From an uncultured Acidobacteriota bacterium (GTDB lineage: Bacteria; Acidobacteriota; Vicinamibacteria; Vicinamibacterales; CAVVIG01), in assembly GCA_963794705.1 (NCBI GenBank), contig CAWCFI010000003.1, forward strand, positions 519,531 to 583,530: a stretch of DNA of 64,000 bases, written 5' to 3'. Below are positions 30,713-38,719 of this stretch, piece after piece; position 1 is the stretch's first letter; each line of letters begins with the position of its first letter. The position numbers were made by a program, and so were the translations under genes. The notes under the pieces were generated by a model that was given only the letters and a program-made list of their open reading frames with translations, had not been told where the DNA came from and searched no databases.

Positions 30713-31606
30713 ATGACCAAGCTCAGGACTCTCATCACGCCAACAGCACTGCTTGCGGCGTTTACTCTGGCTGCGGCTCCCTCGTTCGCGCAGGAAAAGT
30801 ACCACGGCCGACAGGGCTCATCGGGCCAGCAGTCGAACGGCCAGGCGTCGGGCGGCCAGAGCCGCGAGCGGGCTCAGCCGCGCAGCGAAGCGCCGCGCGC
30901 CCAGGCGCAGCCCGCTCAGCCGCAGGCCGCTCGTCCTCAGAACGCCGCTCCGCCTCCGGTCGCGTCGCGCCAGGAAACGCCGCGCGTGCAGCCGCAGCGC
31001 CAGGCGGAGACGGCGCGCGGCGAGAACCGCGCGAACAATAACAACCGCGCGAACAATAACAATCGCGCGAACAATAACAATCGCGCCAACGATTACCACG
31101 GCAACGACGTCGGACACGCGGTCCCCCGGGGCAACGTGTACGCGCCTCACTACGATCCGCGATATGCGCCGAACTACTCGCCGCGCGTCTACGCGCCGAG
31201 GGTATACGGACCACGTTCCTATTACCGGCCGTACGTCTTCCGTCCCCGCTACTCGGTCGGATTCGGCATCTACCTCGGATACCCGGTGCCGTATACCTAC
31301 AGCTACCCGTATCCGATTGAGGTGTATGGATACGGCGCGCCGCGCAATGAAGTGATGGTCGCGCCGGGCTCAACGGCCTACGGCGGCGTCGCGCTCGAGA
31401 TCACGCCGGCGGACGCGGATGTGTTCGTGGACGGCCAGTATGCCGGGCGCGTCCAGGACTTCGACGGGACGACCCAGCCGCTGACGCTGACGCCGGGCAC
31501 CCACCGCATCGAGGTGCAGGCACAGGGCTACGAGCCGCTGAGCGTGGACGTCGGCGTGCAGGCAGGCCAGGTCATTCCGTATCGAGGCGACCTGCGGCCA
31601 TATTAG
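30713..31606 (+). CDS. PEGA domain protein with low-complexity Q/R/N/Y-rich region
   Basis: GGAGGG SD, signal MTKLRTLITPTALLAAFTLAAAPSFAQ. C-terminal PEGA-like ALEITPADADVFVDGQYAGRV...LTLTPGTHRIEVQAQGYEP. Confidence 0.75.
   Translation: MTKLRTLITPTALLAAFTLAAAPSFAQEKYHGRQGSSGQQSNGQASGGQSRERAQPRSEAPRAQAQPAQPQAARPQNAAPPPVASRQETPRVQPQRQAETARGENRANNNNRANNNNRANNNNRANDYHGNDVGHAVPRGNVYAPHYDPRYAPNYSPRVYAPRVYGPRSYYRPYVFRPRYSVGFGIYLGYPVPYTYSYPYPIEVYGYGAPRNEVMVAPGSTAYGGVALEITPADADVFVDGQYAGRVQDFDGTTQPLTLTPGTHRIEVQAQGYEPLSVDVGVQAGQVIPYRGDLRPY
31027..31080. repeat. 18-nt tandem repeat x3 (RANNNN) in the PEGA gene
   Basis: cgcgcgaacaataacaa(c/t) x3, followed by a partial fourth copy. Confidence 0.8.
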
Positions 31607-32804
31607 TCGCCGTCCGGACATGCTCCGGACGAATGCCAATCCCGACCAGCCGCGCCGGTATACGGCGAAGCATCGGGAGCCACCGCAGCAGCTTCAGTGC
31701 AAACGGGAGCTGCTGCGGTCCTTTCCCGCTCAGGGCCGGACCAATCACCCTCTCCTGCGCCATCACCTGCACCCACTGCACCACGCGCGTCGGCAGCTCT
31801 CGCCGGGTCTGGACCCGGGCGAGATCGGCGTCGGCACATGCACCACGGGTCAGCGGCTCCGCGAGGAGATTGGCCGCTGCGACCGCGTCCTGAATCGCGA
31901 GGTTGATCCCGACGCCTCCGATTGGCGACATCGCGTGTGCGGCGTCGCCGATGCACAGCAGGCCGGGGCGATGCCAGCGGCGCAGCCGATCGACCAGCAC
32001 GGTCAGCAGCTTGACGTCGTCCCACTCCCGGAGCTCGACGACGCGATCGCGCATCGACGGCACGATGGCGGCGATCTCCGCGCGAAATGCCTCGATGCCG
32101 CGCCGCTTGATGTCGTCGAACCCCCCTTTCGGGATGACGAACGCGCACTGCCAGTAGTCGCCGCGATCGAACATCACCAGGATGCGGCCGTTCTCCACAT
32201 AGCCGAAGGCCTGGCCGGGATCGTCCGTTCGCCTCGGCAGGCGCATCCACAACACGTCGATCGGCGCGCCCAGATTCTCGACCTCGAGGCCCGCCTGTTG
32301 TCGCACCACCGACCGGCGGCCGTCGGCGCCGACCACGAGATCGGCGCGAATCTCCCCAGGCCCGCCGGGGGTGTTGACCTGGACGCCGGCGACATGACCT
32401 TCCTCTTCGATGAGTCCGGTCACCTCGGTGTCCATCCGCAGCTCGAAGGTCTCGAACGCGCGCGCCTTCCCTGCCAGGAAATCGAGAAAGTCCCATTGCG
32501 GCATCAGCGCGAGAAACTTGCAGTGCGTGGGGAGATGCGTGAAGTCGGCGATCGTGACGCTCTCGCCGGCGACGCGGCCGGTGAGCTGGCTTACTTCCTG
32601 GTGCGGCCGCTTCAGGAACTCGTCGAGGAACCCGAGCTCGTACATCAGTTCGAGCGTCGAGGGATGGATGGTGTCGCCGCGGAAGTCTCGGAGGAAGTCG
32701 GCGTGCTTTTCGAGCACCGTGACGCGCACGCCGGCACGCGCCAGGAGCAATCCCAGCATCATGCCGGCCGGTCCGCCGCCGGCCACCACGCACTGCGCGT
32801 GCAT
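31572..32804 (-). CDS. FAD-dependent monooxygenase/oxidoreductase
   Basis: 410 aa. VVAGGGPAGMMLGLLLARAGVRVTVLEK dinucleotide fold. CIGDAAHAMSPIGGVGINLAIQDA motif. Confidence 0.85.
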   Translation of the reverse strand: MHAQCVVAGGGPAGMMLGLLLARAGVRVTVLEKHADFLRDFRGDTIHPSTLELMYELGFLDEFLKRPHQEVSQLTGRVAGESVTIADFTHLPTHCKFLALMPQWDFLDFLAGKARAFETFELRMDTEVTGLIEEEGHVAGVQVNTPGGPGEIRADLVVGADGRRSVVRQQAGLEVENLGAPIDVLWMRLPRRTDDPGQAFGYVENGRILVMFDRGDYWQCAFVIPKGGFDDIKRRGIEAFRAEIAAIVPSMRDRVVELREWDDVKLLTVLVDRLRRWHRPGLLCIGDAAHAMSPIGGVGINLAIQDAVAAANLLAEPLTRGACADADLARVQTRRELPTRVVQWVQVMAQERVIGPALSGKGPQQLPFALKLLRWLPMLRRIPARLVGIGIRPEHVRTATNMAAGRLDTE

Positions 32805-32823
32805 GGTGGCTAGCGTATCGCGA

Positions 32824-33345
32824 CTATTGCGTTCTGACGAGCTGACCGCGCGCCACGCCGCCCGGGTTGAGCGTCGAGTGCACGTTGAAGTAGAAGCCCG
32901 CCGGATTGTTGAGGATGGTGTTCGCCAGCGCCGGATCGACGGTCAAATTGGAGGCGGTGAAGCTGCCCGATCCGTTGGCCAGCACGACCTGACCGGCCGT
33001 GATGTTGCTGTTGACCACGACGGCGCCGTTGACGCCCGAGGCCGCCTGGTGAATGTGCGAGATGTTGATCGGCGTTCCAGCCGGGAAGCCGCTCAGATTC
33101 ACGACGAAGGTCGCTGTCGCCGACGTGATGTTGCCGGCGCTGTCTTTCGTCGTCACCATCGTCACCGTCGAGGTGCCGGTGCCGCTCGCCTCCGCTCCAA
33201 CGATCGCAGGTACTTCGTTCGCGGGAGACAAAGTCGCCACGAACGTGGGATTGGTCGGCGTGGTCGGCGCCGTGGACGACGAGCTACCGCAAGCAGCGGC
33301 AAACACGCCAAGAGTGACGAACAGCAGGGAGGAAAAACGTTTCAT
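32824..33345 (-). CDS. CHRD domain-containing secreted protein
   Basis: 173 aa, signal peptide. LSPANEVP...GTGTSTVT...HIHQAASGVNG...FYFNVHS...PGGVARGQL. Confidence 0.75.
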   Translation of the reverse strand: MKRFSSLLFVTLGVFAAACGSSSSTAPTTPTNPTFVATLSPANEVPAIVGAEASGTGTSTVTMVTTKDSAGNITSATATFVVNLSGFPAGTPINISHIHQAASGVNGAVVVNSNITAGQVVLANGSGSFTASNLTVDPALANTILNNPAGFYFNVHSTLNPGGVARGQLVRTQ

Positions 33346-33376
33346 CGGGCCAGCTCCTTTTTCAGTGAACAGACGA

Positions 33377-34273
33377 TCAGAAGAACTTCCGGGTCAGGTT
33401 GAACCCCAGCGTCAGATGTTCCGGCACACCGCCGTGGGCAATTTGCCGGAAGGTCGTACCGGGACCGTTTTGGAACGTCAGCGAGAAGACGTGAGCGCCG
33501 ACGCGCGTCTCGATCGCGAAGGCGTACTGCGCGTCGCCGATCACGAAACCGCCCATGCGCGGAGACCCTTCGAGCACGAAGAACGCGCTCTTGCTGAGGC
33601 GCAGGCGGCTGCCGAGGCCGAAGAAGCCAGTATCTCTCGTTTCCGCACCACCGGTGCCGGTGTTGTGGACCCACATCGGCGTCGCGTAGAGCGCCAGCCG
33701 ATCGCCAATGTTCCGGGAGACAACGACGCCGAGCGCCGGCGCAAAGTTGGCCTGGGCGCCGCCTTCGGTGTTGTGGAAGTTGTTCTCGCCTTCGATCGAG
33801 ACGATCCCCGACAGGCCGACCGGAAACGTCGCGGTCTGATGCCAGCCGTCGTACTTGCCGGTGAACTGAAACGTCCTGCCGAGGCTGGTGCGCGTCACGA
33901 TCGCTTCGAGATGTTTCATCACCCCGTAGCGAAACTCGAGGCCGATGTTGGCGCCGTTGTCGAGGCCAAACAGGTTGCCCAACTGCGTCTCGAAGCTGTC
34001 GTTGCGCAGGTCCTCGTTGAACCGGTGCGTGAGATGAAACGTCATCGCGTGCGCCGGGAGCGGCAGCGTCGTCGGCAGGTTGATGGTCACGAAGTCCGGC
34101 TCGAGAGGCCGGAACTTGGCGTCGTCGTCATCGGACGGTTGCGCGGCCGCCTGAGCCGCAGGGTCGGCCGGCGCCTCCGGAGCCGCAGGTGGTTGCGCGT
34201 AGACGCGAGCAGCGTTTGATGCGGCGAACGTCAGAACGAGGGCGAGTACGGTCGAATAAGAGGATCGGATCAC
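33377..34273 (-). CDS. Outer-membrane beta-barrel-like protein (DUF5777-like)
   Basis: AGGAGG, 6 nt, GTG at 34273. Signal peptide ending ARVYAQ. Alternating-hydrophobic strands. C-terminal ...LGFNLTRKFF. Confidence 0.55.
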   Translation of the reverse strand: MIRSSYSTVLALVLTFAASNAARVYAQPPAAPEAPADPAAQAAAQPSDDDDAKFRPLEPDFVTINLPTTLPLPAHAMTFHLTHRFNEDLRNDSFETQLGNLFGLDNGANIGLEFRYGVMKHLEAIVTRTSLGRTFQFTGKYDGWHQTATFPVGLSGIVSIEGENNFHNTEGGAQANFAPALGVVVSRNIGDRLALYATPMWVHNTGTGGAETRDTGFFGLGSRLRLSKSAFFVLEGSPRMGGFVIGDAQYAFAIETRVGAHVFSLTFQNGPGTTFRQIAHGGVPEHLTLGFNLTRKFF

Positions 34274-34364
34274 AATGCGCCTCCTTGAGCAAGGTGGGGA
34301 CCAGCTCCAACGCGTTGAAAACAAAGGATGAAGAGTCTGAGCGCGTTACTCGGAACGTAAGCTC

Positions 34365-36050
34365 TTACGGTCTGCGATACACGAACGTCCCGCCGACCAT
34401 CGTCATCGAGACCTGCATGCGCTCGATGCTTTTTTCCGGGCAGGTGAGGATGTCTTCCGGCAGGACCACGAGGTCGGCGAGCTTGCCCGGTTCGATCGAG
34501 CCTTTGAGGCGCTCTTCGAAGGTCAGGTAGGCGTTGTTGATGGTCTCGACCTGCAGCGCTTCCCTGCGGGTGATCTTCTGATCCGCGCCGAGCACGCCGC
34601 CGCTGATCGTGTCGCGGGTGATGAAGTGATAGAGGACCCAGAGCGGCGGGTACGGCACCACGGCCGAATCTGTGCCGCCGGCGACGACGAACCCCGCATC
34701 GATGAAAGCGCGCATCGGCGTCGTCCGCGCCGCGCGCGCCGGTCCCCAGTAGTTGACCAGGCTCGGCCCGGCCAGATAGAGGTGATCCTGCGCCGAGATC
34801 ACGAGGTCGAGTTTTTTCAGGCGCGCGATCTGATCCGGTTGGGCGATGAAGCCGTGTTCGAGCGCCCAGCGGCGCCCGGCGATCGGCTTTTCCGCGTTGG
34901 CGGCCTCGTAAGCGGCGAGCACTTCGTCGATGGCCGCGTCGCCGACCGCGTGGGTCGCGACCCGCCAGCCGAGACGATTCAGCTCCTTCACCACGTCGGT
35001 GTAAGGCGCCTGCTTCATGGTGTTGACGCCGTAGAAGGTGCCCCCTTCTCCCCAGGGCTCGACGTACGGCTGCCGCATCCAGCCGCCCTCGAACCCGCCG
35101 TCGACGCCGAGCTTCATGCCGCCGACCCGCAGCCACTCGTCGCCCTCGTCCGGCTTGAGGTTGAGGGCGGAGACCGCCGCGCGCATCGTCTCGGCGCTGT
35201 CTGCGGGAAGGCGCATCAACTGGCTCACCCGCACCGTCAGCAAGCCGCGGCGTTTCATCTCCTCGAGCAGTCGGTACTGGTCGATCGACGCGCCGGGATA
35301 GCGGATGCTGGTCAGCCCCGCAGCGTTCAGGATCTTGTGCTGTTCGATCAACGCCTCGATGGTGAGCGGCGGCGCCGGCGGCAGCTGCACCAGCGCCTTG
35401 GCGCGATCGATCAGCTCGCCGTTCAGCTCGCCGTTGAGGCCGCGGGTGATGCGCCCGCCTGGCTGTTGCGGAGTGTCTTTCGTGATGTTCCACTTCCGCA
35501 GCGCGGCGGAGTTGAGGATGTACTCGTGACCGCCGCGCACCAGCACCACCGGGTTCGCCGGGGACACGGCATCGAGATCCGCGCGATACGGCAGGCGATG
35601 CTCGGTCAGCTGCGCCTCGTGCCAATCGCTGTTCGAGACGATGACGTCACCGGGGCGGCTCTGCCTGACCCGGGCGGCGACCGCGGCAGCGATGTCGGCG
35701 AGGCTGCGTGCGCGGGAGAGATCGACACCCGGCCCGCCGCCGGCGTCGTGGAGGTGGCCGTCGGCGAGCCCGGGAATGACCGTCTGGCCGTGCAGGTCGA
35801 TCGTGGTCGTCTTCGGACCCGCGAGTCCGCGGATCGCCGCGCTGGTCCCGACCGCGGTGAACCTGCCGCCGGCGATCGCCACGGCCTCCGCAATCGAAAA
35901 ACGCGCATCGACAGTGACGACGTGGGCATTCACGAGGATCGTGTCGGGCGGCGCACCCGGCTGCTGTGCCGCGGCGATCGTCACGATCGCCAGCAACACG
36001 CATATGTAGTGCAGGCCTTTAGGCCTGCCGTTGACGTTCCCGCCGTTCAT
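34365..36050 (-). CDS. Exported metal-dependent amidohydrolase (YtcJ/Amidohydro_3-like)
   Basis: 561 aa ORF. The first 17 codons translate a REP element (NGRPKGLHY), so the real start may be GTG at 35999. VIPGLADGHLHD metal motif. Confidence 0.85.
   Translation of the reverse strand: MNGGNVNGRPKGLHYICVLLAIVTIAAAQQPGAPPDTILVNAHVVTVDARFSIAEAVAIAGGRFTAVGTSAAIRGLAGPKTTTIDLHGQTVIPGLADGHLHDAGGGPGVDLSRARSLADIAAAVAARVRQSRPGDVIVSNSDWHEAQLTEHRLPYRADLDAVSPANPVVLVRGGHEYILNSAALRKWNITKDTPQQPGGRITRGLNGELNGELIDRAKALVQLPPAPPLTIEALIEQHKILNAAGLTSIRYPGASIDQYRLLEEMKRRGLLTVRVSQLMRLPADSAETMRAAVSALNLKPDEGDEWLRVGGMKLGVDGGFEGGWMRQPYVEPWGEGGTFYGVNTMKQAPYTDVVKELNRLGWRVATHAVGDAAIDEVLAAYEAANAEKPIAGRRWALEHGFIAQPDQIARLKKLDLVISAQDHLYLAGPSLVNYWGPARAARTTPMRAFIDAGFVVAGGTDSAVVPYPPLWVLYHFITRDTISGGVLGADQKITRREALQVETINNAYLTFEERLKGSIEPGKLADLVVLPEDILTCPEKSIERMQVSMTMVGGTFVYRRP
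36006..36029. repeat. REP element
   Basis: GTAGTGCAGGCCTTTAGGCCTGCC. Confidence 0.8.
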
Positions 36051-37114
36051 GGGTTGGCGCGCATCGGCGTGCGCAGCGTGCCGATCCCGTCGATCTCGAT
36101 CGTGACGACGTCGCCCGGCTTGAGGAATTCCGGCGGCTTGCGTCCGGCGCCGACGCCGTCCGGCGTGCCGCTCGAGATCACGTCGCCGGGATAGAGCGTC
36201 AGGATCGACGTCAGGTAGCGGACCATGTGCGCTTCATCCCAGATGAAGTTCCGGGTATCGCCGTCCTGCTTCACCACGCCGTTCACCTTGGTGACGATGT
36301 GGAACGAGGCGGGATCCTTCACGAACTCCTTCGGCACGATGAACGGACCGAACGGCGCCGAGCGATCGCCGCTCTTGCCGGCGAACCAGTTCGGTCCGTT
36401 GAACATGCCGGTCAGCGGCCGGCGGCCGGTGCCGCCGCGGTCGCTGAGGTCGTACATGATGCTGTAGCCGAACACGTGATCGTGCGCCTGCGCTTCGGCG
36501 ACCTTGAACGACGGCTTGCCGATGATGATCGCCAGCTCCCCTTCCCAGTCGATGTTGCGCCCGGGCGTGATCGCGTAGCTCTCGTCGGGATCGATGATGC
36601 ACGAGCGCGGCGACTTGGCGAAGAAGACCGGGTCTTCCTTGTCCTGATCGGCTTCGTTGGCGGCCTTCTGCTGCGGGCTGCCGGGCGCGAACATCTCGCC
36701 GGCGTGCAGCTTGTAGTTGGCCGCGACCGCCAGGATGTTGTACGGATACTTGATGGGCGCCTTGATCGCGACCTTGGCGACGTCGAAGACGAACGGCGCG
36801 TCGAGCTTGGTGGCGCTGAAATAGTTGGCGATCCGGTAGAGGCCGGGCGCAACCGTGTCGTAGGTCTCGATCAGCGTCCGCATGTCGCGCGGCATCGGCG
36901 GCTCGCCGCGCAGGGCGACCTCCTGCACGATCAACGCGTGGGCGCTCTCGATGTCGAGGATGCGATTGCCGAGCACCAGCCCGACCCGGACCTTGCCCGC
37001 CGCCTCGAACGTCGCCAGCTTGAACGGCGTCTCGGGCTTGGTCGAGATCACCGGCCGCTGAGCGCCGAGAGGAATCGTGAACGCGACAAGAACGGCAAGA
37101 ACGGCTGTACGCAT
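36047..37114 (-). CDS. Fumarylacetoacetate hydrolase family protein, exported
   Basis: 355 aa, signal peptide. GRNIDWEGELAIIIGKP and PGDVISSGTPDGVG motifs. ATGA overlap with the downstream ORF. Confidence 0.85.
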   Translation of the reverse strand: MRTAVLAVLVAFTIPLGAQRPVISTKPETPFKLATFEAAGKVRVGLVLGNRILDIESAHALIVQEVALRGEPPMPRDMRTLIETYDTVAPGLYRIANYFSATKLDAPFVFDVAKVAIKAPIKYPYNILAVAANYKLHAGEMFAPGSPQQKAANEADQDKEDPVFFAKSPRSCIIDPDESYAITPGRNIDWEGELAIIIGKPSFKVAEAQAHDHVFGYSIMYDLSDRGGTGRRPLTGMFNGPNWFAGKSGDRSAPFGPFIVPKEFVKDPASFHIVTKVNGVVKQDGDTRNFIWDEAHMVRYLTSILTLYPGDVISSGTPDGVGAGRKPPEFLKPGDVVTIEIDGIGTLRTPMRANP

Positions 37115-37127
37115 ATACCTCCCGGAA

Positions 37128-37231
37128 CAGTCGGCCGTCTCAGACGAAACAGTCGACAGCTTCAGTCTCAGTCGACTGAGACTGCTGACTGAGACTGCTG
37201 ACTGAGACTGCTGACTGCTGACTGCTGACTG
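37128..37231. repeat. CAGTC/GACTGAG repeat block: 22-bp perfect palindrome, 13-mer x3, 7-mer x3
   Basis: cagtctcagtc|gactgagactg (37163..37184). ctgactgagactg tandem copies to 37210. ctgactg x3 at 37211..37231. Lies in a divergent intergenic region. Confidence 0.85.
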
Positions 37232-37292
37232 CCCGCCGCATCATACCCGTTTGGGTGATTCGCGGCGCCGCACGTTCTGTCACGATTCGCGC

Positions 37293-38195
37293 ATGGCTAC
37301 TGACCTTCTCTCATCATTTTCGAACCAGCTCGCCGACGCCGTCAGCGCGGCGTCACCGTCGGTCGTGCAGGTCCAGGGGCGGCGCCGGCCCGCGAGCGGC
37401 CTGGTCTACGCCGACAACGTAGTACTGACGACGGTCCGCGCGCTCGGCCGCGAGGACGGCCTCCATGTCCGTCGGCACGACGGGCGCACGCTCGACGCCG
37501 AGCTCGCCGGATGGGATCCAACCACCAGCCTGGCGGTGCTGCGGGTCGCGGGGCTGGAGACGCCGCCGTTCGCGCCGGCCGCCGCGGCGCCGCGGGTCGG
37601 ACATCTCGCGCTTGCCGTGGCGCGGTCCTGGAGCAACGTCGTCACCGCCAGCGCGGGCATCGTGTCGGTGATCGGCGGGCCCTTGCCGACCGGCCGGCGC
37701 CGGGCCATCGATCAGGTGATCCGGACGACCGCGCCCATGCACGACGGGTTCGCGGGGGGCGCGTTTCTCGACACCGCCGGCGGCCTGATCGGCATCGCGA
37801 CCGCCGCGGCGATTCGCGGACTCGGGGTCGTCATCCCCGCGGCGATCGCGTGGAAGACCGCGGCGACGGTGCTCGAGCACGGCAGCCTGAGACGGGGCTA
37901 TCTCGGTCTGGCGGGCCAGCCGGTCGCGCTGCCCGAGGGCCAGGGCGGCGCCGACGGACGGCAACAGGCGCTGCTCGTCGTCGGCGTCACGAGCGGCGGT
38001 CCGGCATCGCAGGCCGGCGTCCTGGTCGGCGACCTGCTGCTCGAGTTCGATGGGCATCCCGTCGAAGCGCCGGAGGAGCTGCTCGATCTCCTGCTTGGCG
38101 ATCGCGTCGGCAAGCCGGTCGCGCTCAAGATTCTGCGAGGCGGCACGGTCACCGAGGTGTCGGTCACAGTCGGCGAACGGCCTGCGCAACAGTGA
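37293..38195 (+). CDS. HtrA/S1C-like protein with PDZ domain, catalytic triad replaced (pseudo-protease)
   Basis: Aligned by eye to the paralog at 38720..39646: LTNSHVV vs LTTVRAL (H to R), DTDLAVIRV vs TTSLAVLRV (D to S), GNSGGPL vs GFAGGAF (S to A). The PDZ-like C-terminus is retained. Confidence 0.75.
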   Translation: MATDLLSSFSNQLADAVSAASPSVVQVQGRRRPASGLVYADNVVLTTVRALGREDGLHVRRHDGRTLDAELAGWDPTTSLAVLRVAGLETPPFAPAAAAPRVGHLALAVARSWSNVVTASAGIVSVIGGPLPTGRRRAIDQVIRTTAPMHDGFAGGAFLDTAGGLIGIATAAAIRGLGVVIPAAIAWKTAATVLEHGSLRRGYLGLAGQPVALPEGQGGADGRQQALLVVGVTSGGPASQAGVLVGDLLLEFDGHPVEAPEELLDLLLGDRVGKPVALKILRGGTVTEVSVTVGERPAQQ

Positions 38196-38272
38196 TATTT
38201 CAGAGTTAAAACTTCAGATTTCAGGTTGGCATTTCAGAATGAATCTGAAATCTGAAATCTGACGTCTGAAAT
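38196..38272. repeat. AT-rich TTCAGA / TCTGAAA heptamer dyad upstream of the LuxR-type gene
   Basis: Left arm has TTCAGA-type units and the right arm has atctgaa atctgaa atctgac gtctgaa. Core perfect inverted repeat ATTTCAGA-N5-TCTGAAAT (38231..38251), 25 nt before the GTG at 38276. Confidence 0.7.
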
Positions 38273-38275
38273 CCT

Positions 38276-38653
38276 GTGAGAGTGCTTCTCGTCGGATCCC
38301 CATCCGGCCGCGCAAGGCTGCGCACGCAGGTGAACGGATCGATGGCGGTCGCGGGCGAGTTCGACTCGCTCGCGGCGGCCCGCGCCTCGGAGCTCGACAG
38401 CGACGGAATTCTCGTCGCGCCGGATGCGATCGATCCCGATGAGGACGGCTTCGACGAACCGCTGACCGCGCGCGAAGTGCAGGTGCTGGAGCTGCTTGCG
38501 GAAGGGCTGCCGAACAAGGCGATCGCGGCGCGCCTGCGCATCAGCGACCAGACCGTGAAGTTTCACGTGTCGTCCATCTCCGGGAAGCTCGGCGCGAAGA
38601 ACCGGACCGACGCGGTCCGGCGGGCCGTCCGCCGCGGACTGATCACGCTCTGA
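38276..38653 (+). CDS. LuxR/NarL-type HTH regulator with truncated, degenerate receiver
   Basis: 125 aa, GTG start. C-terminal LTAREVQVLELLAEGLPNKAIAARLRISDQTVKFHVSSISGKLG. The N-terminal ~60 aa (MRVLLVGSPSG...) lack the acidic pocket. Confidence 0.8.
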   Translation: MRVLLVGSPSGRARLRTQVNGSMAVAGEFDSLAAARASELDSDGILVAPDAIDPDEDGFDEPLTAREVQVLELLAEGLPNKAIAARLRISDQTVKFHVSSISGKLGAKNRTDAVRRAVRRGLITL

Positions 38654-38672
38654 GATTTCAAATTTAAGAAGG

Positions 38673-38700
38673 CAGAATTCAGATTGGAATCTGAATTCTG
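38673..38700. terminator. Perfect 13-bp AT-rich hairpin between convergent genes (possible bidirectional terminator)
   Basis: CAGAATTCAGATT-GG-AATCTGAATTCTG, followed by aaatccg aaatctg aaatctc heptamers up to the HtrA stop. Confidence 0.5.
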
Positions 38701-38719
38701 AAATCCGAAATCTGAAATC

